From positions 672,001-736,000 of the forward strand of contig CAXXVZ010000003.1 of NCBI GenBank assembly GCA_963678065.2: a stretch of DNA of 64,000 bases. The letters run 5' to 3'. How positions within the stretch are numbered: the first letter of the stretch is position 1; each line of letters starts with the position of its first letter. Both the position numbers and the translations under genes were made by a program. Shown here piece by piece: positions 47,104-56,008 of this stretch. Below the pieces are notes generated by a model. That model was not told the DNA's origin and did not search any database. It saw only the letters and a list, made by a program, of their open reading frames with translations. This DNA is from Treponemataceae bacterium. Its GTDB lineage: Bacteria > Spirochaetota > Spirochaetia > Treponematales > Rectinemataceae.

Positions 47104-49029
47104 TCAGACCGGGCCTATCTCCACGGTCAGGGAGAAGCGCTGTGTCGTGCCGGCTTCCATATCCATCTCCCATATCGGAAGTATTTTGCAGCCCTGAAAG
47201 GATGTATGACTCGTCGAATGGATGGCCTGCGGAAATTCGGTGTGGACCGGAAGATAGGAAAGGCTGAACGGGATATCGGAGCGCAGCTCGAGCGATTCCT
47301 CGAGGGAGGAGTTCTCCATCCGCAATCCCGTAGAGCTTTCGCAGCGAAAGGCCACATCTCCCGGAAACGGACGGGAGTGCCTTCCGCTCAGGCAGAAGAG
47401 CTTGAACCTGTCCGGATGGATGCCCGGTGAAAGATTGAACTCGGAAGAGAAATAGAACCTGACGGCCTCGCCCTCCCTGTTCTCGATCTCGTAACCTACA
47501 GAAAAACCCGTGCGCGTAAAAATGTAGGTCTTGTGGATGGCCAGGGAATGCCTTCTGTTGTCTTTTACCCACCAGCCATCCCTGCCGAGGACGGCCGCGT
47601 GGCCCGGCTTTGCCTGATCCTGGAGCGTGTAGTGTGAATGGGCGAAAGTGCCTGCGTCGACATTGTCTTCCGGATCCGTGAAAATCCTGTCCAGACAGCA
47701 GTAGGCGGGATCCTCGCCCGGTCTGGAAGAGGAATTGACGTAATTGGTGCGCGAGGAGAGGGAATCCAGCTCAAAAATGGCGCCGCCGCGGAGGTGCACA
47801 TAGGCATTCGTGTCGCCGCCCTGGAAAAGAAGCTCCTTCTCGCCGTCAAAATCGAGATCCGTCCGTATCAGGCCCTCCGCGCGGTACCCGTGGGGACGGG
47901 TGGTCTTCTCGGCCTCCAGAAGGGCCGAATACGCCCTCGCGCGAATCCCCGGATTCCGTATGCCGCCTTCCTGGCCGCACCAGTAGGCCGCCCCGCACTG
48001 GCCTCTCCAGAGCTCTTCCTGAGCGGTTTTTTTGCGCGATTTGTCTCCGCGCAGCTGCCCGACAAGGATGCGGACATACTGCATTTTCGCGTAGAGCTTG
48101 CCGGCGGCCTCGTCCGCGACGAGGATCCGTCGCGTGTTGGCGTGACAGGCCGGAGCCTGGAGAGGCGGCAGCGGCGAGGCGGCTTCTCCAGAAGCGGCCA
48201 GAGAGAGGGAGAGGGAAGAACAGGGCGGAAAGTAGGCTTTGCGGAAGTGCTTCACTGTCTTGAAGTACCGCGCGGGCAGAGTCGTTTCGTAGACGAGGGC
48301 GTTTCTCTGCATGGCCGCGAAGCTCCGCTCGAAGAAGACATCGGGGGATTCGAGCTCGGAGAGCCTCCAGAGTTCGGGGGAGAGACTGCCGTCGTACATG
48401 AGGCTGATGAGGGGGATTTCGCCGGACTCTTTCAGTATCCAGTCAATGGCCTTCTCCATCGGGATGAGGGAAGGAAGGCTCTCCGAGGCATCATAAACGG
48501 GGAAGACAGCGACGCTGCGCCCCTGATCTTCGGTGAGGAAAGGCTCGTCGAGATCCCCGCGCGGTATCCCAGCCTGCCGGAAATGCCCTTCGGTGAGGAA
48601 TGTGTAATCGTATCCGCAGGTCCGGAGAACGGAGGGCATCGATGACTCCCACGCGTAATCCTGGAGCCAGAATCCGTGAGGCTTCTTGTTGAAAGACTTC
48701 CTGAGAAAGGTAGTCAGCATCTCTGTCTGGCCGAGCCTGTCGGAGCCGGGAATCATGGGCATGAGAGGAGCGAAAAACGCTCCGCCAAGAATTTCGATCT
48801 GCTTCCGAAGGGACATTTCGTCCAGAAGCATGAGAAATTCAGGATGCCGGTTTTCCAGCCACTGAAGGACAGTGCCGCTGTAGTGGAGGGCAGCCGATAT
48901 TTCCGGAAATCGGTACAAAACAGAGAGGAAGGGGCGCCAGCATATCTGGTACGCGCTTTCGAAATCGGACTCGCCTGCTCCTTCGGGGATGTGATTGTAT
49001 GTGCCGAAAATTATCCGGGTTTTCTGCAT
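47104..49029 (-). CDS. GH57-like alpha-amylase/4-alpha-glucanotransferase homologue with degenerate motifs
   Basis: LHYSGTVLQWL, IEILGGAFF, LYAKMQYV, GQC..AYW, DLDFDGEKE; catalytic regions altered. Confidence 0.8.
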   Translation of the reverse strand: MQKTRIIFGTYNHIPEGAGESDFESAYQICWRPFLSVLYRFPEISAALHYSGTVLQWLENRHPEFLMLLDEMSLRKQIEILGGAFFAPLMPMIPGSDRLGQTEMLTTFLRKSFNKKPHGFWLQDYAWESSMPSVLRTCGYDYTFLTEGHFRQAGIPRGDLDEPFLTEDQGRSVAVFPVYDASESLPSLIPMEKAIDWILKESGEIPLISLMYDGSLSPELWRLSELESPDVFFERSFAAMQRNALVYETTLPARYFKTVKHFRKAYFPPCSSLSLSLAASGEAASPLPPLQAPACHANTRRILVADEAAGKLYAKMQYVRILVGQLRGDKSRKKTAQEELWRGQCGAAYWCGQEGGIRNPGIRARAYSALLEAEKTTRPHGYRAEGLIRTDLDFDGEKELLFQGGDTNAYVHLRGGAIFELDSLSSRTNYVNSSSRPGEDPAYCCLDRIFTDPEDNVDAGTFAHSHYTLQDQAKPGHAAVLGRDGWWVKDNRRHSLAIHKTYIFTRTGFSVGYEIENREGEAVRFYFSSEFNLSPGIHPDRFKLFCLSGRHSRPFPGDVAFRCESSTGLRMENSSLEESLELRSDIPFSLSYLPVHTEFPQAIHSTSHTSFQGCKILPIWEMDMEAGTTQRFSLTVEIGPV

Positions 49030-49163
49030 GCCACCGTCACCTTTTCAATCCTCAGGGGAGTATACATGAAAGGTCACATAGCAGAAAGGCGGAAAACGGT
49101 TTTTGGAGTTTTTTGGCTTTTTCGGCCCAACTACTTTCCCAGAAGGCACTTGTCTTCGACTTC

Positions 49164-49652
49164 TCAGAGCGTGCAGAATGCGAGCGCGATAAAAAATCCC
49201 AGAACGGCCCCTACGACGACCTCGGCCGGCCGGTGCCCGTGGATTTCCTTGACGGGCCGAAAAAAGAGGGAAAACCGGTCGGAGAGTTCCCGTCCCATCA
49301 GGTTTATTGCCCTGGCCTGCTGGCCGGCGGCACGCCGCACTCCCAAGGCGTCCCTGATGACGACGAGGGCAAAAACGAGCGAGAGGACAAAAAGATCCGT
49401 ATCCGGTCCCTGGTGGATCCCGATGGCCGTGGCGAGGGAGATCGCGAGGGCGCTGTGGCTGGACGGCATTCCCCCGGTCCGCCAGAAAAAAGTCCGCAGG
49501 ATATCCTTGAATGGAACTGAAGGCTTTTTGAAAATGTTTATGAGCGCTTTTATGAACTGGGCTATGAAGAGGCTGAAAACGGAGGATAGAAAGACCGGAT
49601 TGGAAAACAGTGACTGGATTTTTGCTTCAGCTTCCACATGCCCAGTGTCCAT
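49164..49652 (-). CDS. Divergent PAP2 (DUF212) membrane protein
   Basis: AQFIK, GGMPSSHSA, DALGVRRAAGQQA, GHRPAEV; start ATG 49652 or GTG 49637. Confidence 0.88.
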   Translation of the reverse strand: MDTGHVEAEAKIQSLFSNPVFLSSVFSLFIAQFIKALINIFKKPSVPFKDILRTFFWRTGGMPSSHSALAISLATAIGIHQGPDTDLFVLSLVFALVVIRDALGVRRAAGQQARAINLMGRELSDRFSLFFRPVKEIHGHRPAEVVVGAVLGFFIALAFCTL

Positions 49653-49691
49653 GAAGCCGATTCCATTGTCAAGAACGAAGTGTCCGCGACA

Positions 49692-49720
49692 TTGACCTGG
49701 ACCGGACAAGCGTATACATT
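49692..49720 (+). promoter_or_regulatory. sigma70 promoter directly abutting the start codon
   Basis: TTGACC-N17-TACATT, 6 nt before GTG 49727. Confidence 0.55.
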
Positions 49721-49726
49721 CGGACC

Positions 49727-50740
49727 GTGGAAGAAAGACAGTGTCTCTCTGTGGGAGACGACGATGTGGGACGACGCCTGGACAGGATCCTGCGGATAGC
49801 CTTCCCCGGACTCTCTCTCGCCCTCGTTTTTTCTTCCCTCCGCAAGGGTATCATCCGCGTGAACGGATCACGGGCAGCTCCGGATTACCGGATACAACAA
49901 GGCGACAGCATCGACATGCCTCTGCGCCTCTGCGAGTCAGGCGGTGAAGAGCCCGGTCCGCGGCCGCCCGGACGCGCCAAAGTTGCTACAGTCCTCCCTC
50001 GCCGCCCCGGAGAAACGGATGCGCCCGCGGCTCTCTCCGGACTCGTCATCTTTTCATCGCGCGACCTGCTCTTCCTCAACAAGCCGCGGGGCCTGCTCGT
50101 GCATGGCCCTGAAAGCCTCGAATCCCTCGTCCTTGAATCCAGACGCTCCGATCCGGCTGCCCCGGAATCCCTCGCCTTCCGCCCCGGCCCCCTTCACCGG
50201 CTGGACCGCAACACTTCGGGGCTTGTGACCTTCCCGAATACGGCCGCGGGCGCACGCGTTTTCACCGCGCTGCTCCGTGAGAGGCAGCTGAGAAAATTCT
50301 ACCTCGCCCTTCTCGAAGGACGAATCGGGGAAGACCTGCGTTGGAACGACAAACTGAGCCGGGACGGAAAAACACGCATCACCGCGGCCGCCGATGCAGG
50401 ATCGGGCCGCGAAGCATCCACCCGGGTCACTCCCCTCGCCCTGAGCGATAAATTCACTTTTGTATGTATCGAAATACACACAGGACTCACTCATCAGATC
50501 CGTGCCCACGCGGCCCTTCATGGCCATCCTCTGGCAGGCGACGTGAAATATGGCGGAAAACGCGATACCTATGGATACTTTCTGCACTCGTGGAAAATGG
50601 TTTTCACGGCGAAACCTTTTCCGGACGTCCCGCTTTCAGTCACCGCGGAACCGGATACACCGGCCCTCGGCCGGCTTACCGGCATTTTCGGCAAAGATCT
50701 TCCTGGTACGTTGAAGGATTTGCCGGAGGTTTTCGCATAG
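49727..50740 (+). CDS. RluA-family pseudouridine synthase with S4 domain
   Basis: RRLDRIL, NKPRG, HRLDRNTSG, TGLTHQIRAH, HPLAGDVKYG. Confidence 0.92.
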   Translation: MEERQCLSVGDDDVGRRLDRILRIAFPGLSLALVFSSLRKGIIRVNGSRAAPDYRIQQGDSIDMPLRLCESGGEEPGPRPPGRAKVATVLPRRPGETDAPAALSGLVIFSSRDLLFLNKPRGLLVHGPESLESLVLESRRSDPAAPESLAFRPGPLHRLDRNTSGLVTFPNTAAGARVFTALLRERQLRKFYLALLEGRIGEDLRWNDKLSRDGKTRITAAADAGSGREASTRVTPLALSDKFTFVCIEIHTGLTHQIRAHAALHGHPLAGDVKYGGKRDTYGYFLHSWKMVFTAKPFPDVPLSVTAEPDTPALGRLTGIFGKDLPGTLKDLPEVFA

Positions 50741-50749
50741 GAGGCATAC

Positions 50750-51727
50750 ATGGCGGAGTTCAAACGGCCTACCCTGCCGCAGATCCGGCTGAAGCCAAGC
50801 ACTATTCTCGTGCTTGTCGCTGCCGTGGCGGTGGTTGTGCTGTTCTCGACAAGCTTCTTCGTCGTCGACCAGACGGAACGTGCCGTGATCACGACCTTCG
50901 GCAAGTTCACGAAGGTGGCGGATCCGGGGCTTCATTTCAAATTTCCCTTCGGGGTCCAGAACAGCTACGCCGTCAAGACGGAGGTCGTGCAGACCGAACA
51001 GTTCGGCTTCAGGACGGACAAGGCCGGCGTCGTGACCCAGTATTCGGAAACCCTCTATCCACAGGAATCCACCATGCTGACGGGCGACCTCAACATCATC
51101 GACGTGGAGTGGATCATCCAGTACCGTATCAAGGATCCGAAGGCCTGGCTCTTCAACCTGAGCGACCGCCACAAGACCATCCGCGACATATCGCAGTCCG
51201 TGATCAGCAACCTCGTGGGAGACAGGACGATCCTCGGCGTGCTCGGACCCGAGCGACAGGCCATCCAGGAATTCGCCGTGCAGATGATGAACGACATGTT
51301 CACCTCATACAGTCTCGGCATCCAGGTCACCCAGGTCCAGCTGCAGAACATCGTCCCTCCAAAGGGCGTCCAGGATTCCTTTGAGGACGTCAACAAGGCC
51401 ATCCAGGACATGAACCGCCTCATAAACGAGGGGAAAGAGGCCTACAACGCCGAGATCCCCAAGGCGCGGGGCGAGGCGGACAGGCTCATCGAGGTCTCCC
51501 AGGGCTATTCCACGGAGCGCGTCAACAAGGCAAAAGGCGATGTCGCGCGCTTCAATTCGGTCCTCACGGAGTACCGCAAATCCCCCGACATCACCCGTCA
51601 GCGCCTGTACTACGAGATGATGGACGAGGTGTTCAAGGACGCGAAGGACGTCGAGCTGATAGACCGGAAGTTCACGAATTTCCTGCCCCTCAAGAATCTC
51701 GACGCGGTCAAGGGGGAAACCCGATGA
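50750..51727 (+). CDS. hflK: FtsH modulator HflK
   Basis: SPFH domain, MLTGDLNI, IPKARGEA, TRQRLYYE. Confidence 0.93.
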   Translation: MAEFKRPTLPQIRLKPSTILVLVAAVAVVVLFSTSFFVVDQTERAVITTFGKFTKVADPGLHFKFPFGVQNSYAVKTEVVQTEQFGFRTDKAGVVTQYSETLYPQESTMLTGDLNIIDVEWIIQYRIKDPKAWLFNLSDRHKTIRDISQSVISNLVGDRTILGVLGPERQAIQEFAVQMMNDMFTSYSLGIQVTQVQLQNIVPPKGVQDSFEDVNKAIQDMNRLINEGKEAYNAEIPKARGEADRLIEVSQGYSTERVNKAKGDVARFNSVLTEYRKSPDITRQRLYYEMMDEVFKDAKDVELIDRKFTNFLPLKNLDAVKGETR

Positions 51728-52704
51728 AAAAGGCAGCAGTATTACTGGCGGTCATCGTTGTCGCCCTTGTCGCCCTCGTCATCGCGGGCCCCTTCTTCAT
51801 ACTCAACGAAGGCGAACAGGCTGTCGTCGTCAGACTCGGCAAGATCACGACGGTCCACAGGGACGCGGGACTCAAGTTCAAATCCCCCTTCGTGGATAAT
51901 GTCGTCAAGTTCCCCAAAAAACTCATGCCCTGGGACGGGGAACCGCAGAGGATTCCCACGAAAGAGAACCAGTTCATCTGGGTAGACACGACGGCGCGCT
52001 GGACAATCTCCGATCCCGTGAAATTCTACGAATCGGTAGGCACGCTCGAAAACGCCTACGGCAGGATGGACGACGTCATCGATTCGGCTGTCAGGACGGT
52101 CATCTCGTCGAACTACCTGCGCGAAGCCGTGAGGAACTCCAACGACGTCATCGGCACGGGAACGAAGGAGACCTTCCAGACGGGCGACGCCGAGGGTTCG
52201 GCCATACTCGACCAACTCACCAAGACTTCGGTCGTGTTCGAAAAAGTCGACAAAGGCAGGCGTAAACTTTCAGGGGAGATGCTCGACCTCGTCAAAAAAA
52301 TCGTCCCCTCTTTCGGGATCGAGGTTCTCGACATCATTCCCCGCCAGATCAAGTACTCCGACGAGCTCACCGAGAGCGTCTATTCGAGGATGATCAAGGA
52401 GCGCAACCAGATAGCACAGGCTTTCAGGTCATACGGCGAAGGCAAGAAGGCCGAGTGGTTCGGAAAGCTCGAAAACGAGAAGCGCTCCATTCTTTCCGAA
52501 GCCTACCAGACGGCGGAGACGAACAAAGGAAAGGCCGACGCGGAGGCCACGAAGATTTTTGCGGATGCCTACGGCAGAGATCCTGACTTCTTCAAGTTCT
52601 GGAAGGCGATTGAGTCCTACCGGCAGACCCTGCCCAATTTCAGGAAGACGCTCTCGACCGACATGGACTATTTCAGGTATCTCTACAGCCCGGCCGGCCG
52701 CTGA
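51724..52704 (+). CDS. hflC: FtsH modulator HflC
   Basis: SPFH domain, VYSRMIKER, AYGRDPDFFKFW; overlaps the hflK stop. Confidence 0.93.
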   Translation: MKKAAVLLAVIVVALVALVIAGPFFILNEGEQAVVVRLGKITTVHRDAGLKFKSPFVDNVVKFPKKLMPWDGEPQRIPTKENQFIWVDTTARWTISDPVKFYESVGTLENAYGRMDDVIDSAVRTVISSNYLREAVRNSNDVIGTGTKETFQTGDAEGSAILDQLTKTSVVFEKVDKGRRKLSGEMLDLVKKIVPSFGIEVLDIIPRQIKYSDELTESVYSRMIKERNQIAQAFRSYGEGKKAEWFGKLENEKRSILSEAYQTAETNKGKADAEATKIFADAYGRDPDFFKFWKAIESYRQTLPNFRKTLSTDMDYFRYLYSPAGR

Positions 52705-52716
52705 CCCTGCGGCGCA

Positions 52717-52740
52717 CGGGCATGCGCAGAAGCGTGTCCG
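52717..52740 (+). terminator. Hairpin between convergent hflC and phosphoesterase genes
   Basis: CGGGCATGC-N6-GCGTGTCCG with G-U pairs; no U tract. Confidence 0.3.
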
Positions 52741-52750
52741 CGCTCAAGAC

Positions 52751-53449
52751 TCACAGGCTGAAAAGCTTCGCCTGGGCCCGCCACCCTCCCCTGGCATCTC
52801 TCGCGATGTCGAGGAGGGCGTGGCAGCCCTCGGCCGCGGGGCCCGGGTTCACGACAATCGTCGAGACGAGTTCGGAAACGCTGCGCGCCTCGTGGATGTG
52901 ACCGCAGACCCAGGCGAGCGCGTTGCGGTCAACAAGCTGCTCGAAAATATCCTTGGAACCTATGTGCCTGTGGTGGCGGATGTCCGCATCGGCTCCATAT
53001 GGAGGGCTGTGGGTCAGCCCGACCAAGGGCAGGTCCGAGACGCCGCGTTCGCCGAACTCGCGGAACGCTTTCTTGAAAGCTTTGCCGAATGCCGACTCGC
53101 TGCGCTCAAAGGGCGTGGTTCCGTTGTGGCAGAGCCCCCCGCCGGCTCCTGCAATGAGGATGCCTCCCACCTGACGCAGGCGCGATTCCAGCGAGATCCC
53201 CGCCTCTTCGAGCCATGAGACAACTTCCGGCGGGTCGCAATTGCCCGCGACCGCGGCGATAGGCAGCTCGGGAAAGTGACTTTGCACGGCGGCGATGACG
53301 GCGGCCGCATCCTTTGCAGCACCAAAACTCGTCAGGTCGCCCGCTATGAGAACGGCGGCGAGCGGTTCGGAATTGCGGGACACCGAGGCGAGGATCAGCT
53401 CGAGTGTGCCGATCCGGCCGTGAATGTCAGACAGCAGAAGGAATCTCAT
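52751..53449 (-). CDS. Calcineurin-like metallophosphoesterase
   Basis: SDIHG, AGD, GNCD, THSPP, GHIHE, NPG. Confidence 0.9.
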   Translation of the reverse strand: MRFLLLSDIHGRIGTLELILASVSRNSEPLAAVLIAGDLTSFGAAKDAAAVIAAVQSHFPELPIAAVAGNCDPPEVVSWLEEAGISLESRLRQVGGILIAGAGGGLCHNGTTPFERSESAFGKAFKKAFREFGERGVSDLPLVGLTHSPPYGADADIRHHRHIGSKDIFEQLVDRNALAWVCGHIHEARSVSELVSTIVVNPGPAAEGCHALLDIARDARGGWRAQAKLFSL

Positions 53450-53477
53450 CGCCTGGGCCGCTCCACATCGTTCCGTT

Positions 53478-55868
53478 TCACCGTAGCAGGAAAACCATCG
53501 TGACGCAATCTTCGACGATGGCCCGGAAGTGTCCGGATCTCCCCGAGTAATCGGCGAGCCACTCGCGGCTGCAGTTCTCCGGACAGCGGCCTCCGTTCCG
53601 GGAATGTCGCAGGAGACAGCCCATGCTGTGGAATAGAGGCGGTGTGTAATCACGGGAAAGCTCTGCCGGGGGATAGGCGAAGGCGAGTGGTCCAAGCATT
53701 TCCCTGACAGCGAGCACGGAGGCCGCGTTGGCGAGATTCAGCGTGGTATCCGCGAAGAACCCGGGGCGCCCGGGTTCCGGCAGGGCGCGGGCGATGCTGC
53801 GGGCAAGGTCCAGGGCGAAAGGGATATGGTGGAAGGCGGAAAGTCCCAGCATGACCCGTTTTCCCGACGCGGATTCAGCCTCTATTCTGGAGGTCACGAG
53901 CTCTGCGTAGGCCGCGAAATCCCTGACGAGAGGTGCGAGGGGAAACCAGAGAAATCCGCTGTACTCGGGGAGAGGGATGCGCGATTCAAGGACACGCGGC
54001 GTCGCGTAGGGCATCCCCTGAGGAAGTCTATCGTACGGGAAAACAAGATCCGATCGGGGAGGAGGCTCCATCCCGGAAGCCGCAAAGCCGGTCACGGAGG
54101 CCGCAGCCAGGGCTTTTGCGAAATCCGCTTCTGAGGCGAACTCGGCGCCGACGGCCGAGGCGACCGATTCGAGGGCATGCCGCTTTCTCATAGACTCGAC
54201 TATGCGGGAGCAGTCCTCGTACAGGGCCTTTTTGACCGCCTTGAGGCGCGAGGGCGGAAGGAAAAGATCTGCGACGGGAATGCCCTGGGGAGGAAGTCCG
54301 GGTCCTGTGGCCGGATCAGTATCCAGGTCGGGCAGGAGACAGAACTCCTTTGCGCCTGACTGGGCAAAAACCGAGAGGGCCCGGGCAAAGCCCTGCGGGG
54401 AGGAAGCGCGCTCGAAGGGCAGGATTTCGCCCGAAACGACAGTGGAGCACAGCGCCTGCCCCGGAAGACCAGTGCAGGCGGGAATCCGGAGATCCGCGCG
54501 GAACAGGCCGTCCCGGACTGATATCCTCATGCCTATCGCCATGAGAGCGGGAGGAAATTCCTCCGGGGCATGCTCCTTCCGGTCGAGGTATCGGGCCGAT
54601 ATCCGTGAAATCTCGGTTCCGGGAGCCGCCGCGGCCGGAGCAAGGATGATCACTCTGTCGCCGGGGAGAGCCTTCGCGAGCGGGCGCCCGGTTTGCGCAT
54701 CGCGCATCTGGTGCACGCCGAATTTTTCAGGTTCGGCCGGGGAGGGCCGGGAAAAAAACATGAGGCCGTCGCGCAGCCCGAGTATGCCCGAGAGCGCGAT
54801 CTCGAGCTCGAAGCCGGCGAGACCCGGCCGGGAAACGGGACGCGAAGCTATGACTGTGCCGACCGGCAGTCCGCGGTGGCCGGGGTAGGCCGCGTCGATG
54901 AGGTCTTCACCTGCGTGGAATCCAAGATATCCTTCGGTCGGAGCGCGGGAGAAAGCCAGTCTGGCTTCGTTTTTCGCGACCTCATGAGCCGTCGGGAAAT
55001 TGTTTACCCCGCCTGCCTGCACAGCGGGCGCTGCAGGAGACATCTTCCCGGACGCATCGGGAGTCGAGTCGAGGGCGGTGCGGTACATCCTGGCCACCGC
55101 GTGGCAATACTCGGGGCTCTTCATCCTGCCTTCGACCTTGAGTGAACTCACCCCCGCGCGGACGAGTTCGCCGATGCTCCCGGAAAGGTCGAGGTCTCTG
55201 CAGGAAAACCAGTAGCCGGGCTGCCCTCCCCTCTCGTCCCTATCCGATCGCTCGAACCAGGATCTGCATATCTGGGCACATTGCCCCCTGTTGCCTGACC
55301 GGCCGAGAAGGACGCCGGAGGCGTGGCAGAGCCCCGAATAGGAGTAGCAGAGGGCCCCGTGTATGAAAACCTCGAACTCCATACCCGGCGTTCGGGCGAT
55401 AAAATCGCGTATGCCCGCGAGTCCTGTTTCCCGCGGCAGGACGATGCGGGAAATCCCCTGAGTTCCCGCGAGGGCAGCCGCCTCGGCTGTCTGTATGGCC
55501 ATCTGGGTCGAGGCGTGAATGGACAGCCCCGGATAGGCTTGGCAGAGGAGGCGGACGATGCCCCAGTCCTGGACAATCACGGCGTCGGGTCGAAAATGGG
55601 CGAGAAAGGATGCAAGTTCCGCAACCGCCTGCAGTTCATCGTCGAACACGAGAGTGTTGAGGGCGACATATACCTTGCGCCCCAGACCCCGCGCATGCGC
55701 CAGGAGTCTCCTGTACTCTTCGGGTCCGAGGTTGCGGGCCTGGGCGCGCGCCGAAAACGACGAAAAGCCCAGATAGACCGCGTCGGCGCCGCCCTCGAAG
55801 GCCGCGAGTCCCGAGTCGAAACTCCCCGCGGGAAGAAGAAGTTCGGGCAGCTTCCGTGCTTGATCCAT
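53478..55868 (-). CDS. Peptidase U32-family FeS protein (RlhA-like, likely RNA hydroxylation)
   Basis: PELLLPAG, HASTQ, HGALCYSYSGLC, SGNRGQCAQICR, LKVEGRMK. Confidence 0.88.
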   Translation of the reverse strand: MDQARKLPELLLPAGSFDSGLAAFEGGADAVYLGFSSFSARAQARNLGPEEYRRLLAHARGLGRKVYVALNTLVFDDELQAVAELASFLAHFRPDAVIVQDWGIVRLLCQAYPGLSIHASTQMAIQTAEAAALAGTQGISRIVLPRETGLAGIRDFIARTPGMEFEVFIHGALCYSYSGLCHASGVLLGRSGNRGQCAQICRSWFERSDRDERGGQPGYWFSCRDLDLSGSIGELVRAGVSSLKVEGRMKSPEYCHAVARMYRTALDSTPDASGKMSPAAPAVQAGGVNNFPTAHEVAKNEARLAFSRAPTEGYLGFHAGEDLIDAAYPGHRGLPVGTVIASRPVSRPGLAGFELEIALSGILGLRDGLMFFSRPSPAEPEKFGVHQMRDAQTGRPLAKALPGDRVIILAPAAAAPGTEISRISARYLDRKEHAPEEFPPALMAIGMRISVRDGLFRADLRIPACTGLPGQALCSTVVSGEILPFERASSPQGFARALSVFAQSGAKEFCLLPDLDTDPATGPGLPPQGIPVADLFLPPSRLKAVKKALYEDCSRIVESMRKRHALESVASAVGAEFASEADFAKALAAASVTGFAASGMEPPPRSDLVFPYDRLPQGMPYATPRVLESRIPLPEYSGFLWFPLAPLVRDFAAYAELVTSRIEAESASGKRVMLGLSAFHHIPFALDLARSIARALPEPGRPGFFADTTLNLANAASVLAVREMLGPLAFAYPPAELSRDYTPPLFHSMGCLLRHSRNGGRCPENCSREWLADYSGRSGHFRAIVEDCVTMVFLLR

Positions 55869-56008
55869 GCTATCCGATACCACGACGGCCGCAGAGAGTC
55901 CAGTACTCGCACAAGGCTCGCGCTGTCGCCAGGCAGCGGCAAAGGCCCGGCCCGGCGTCTCTGCGGGCACTTGTATTTTTCGCGCCTTCCTGAGAATATT
56001 GTAGTATC

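Noticed and set aside
21491..55231. E. coli-type KOPS (GGGNAGGG) polarity around the dif-like site
   Set aside because: Some copies point toward the site (21491, 21790, 34063, 52784, 55224) but others point away (36426, 36887, near 38140 and 54740); no clear polarity by eye
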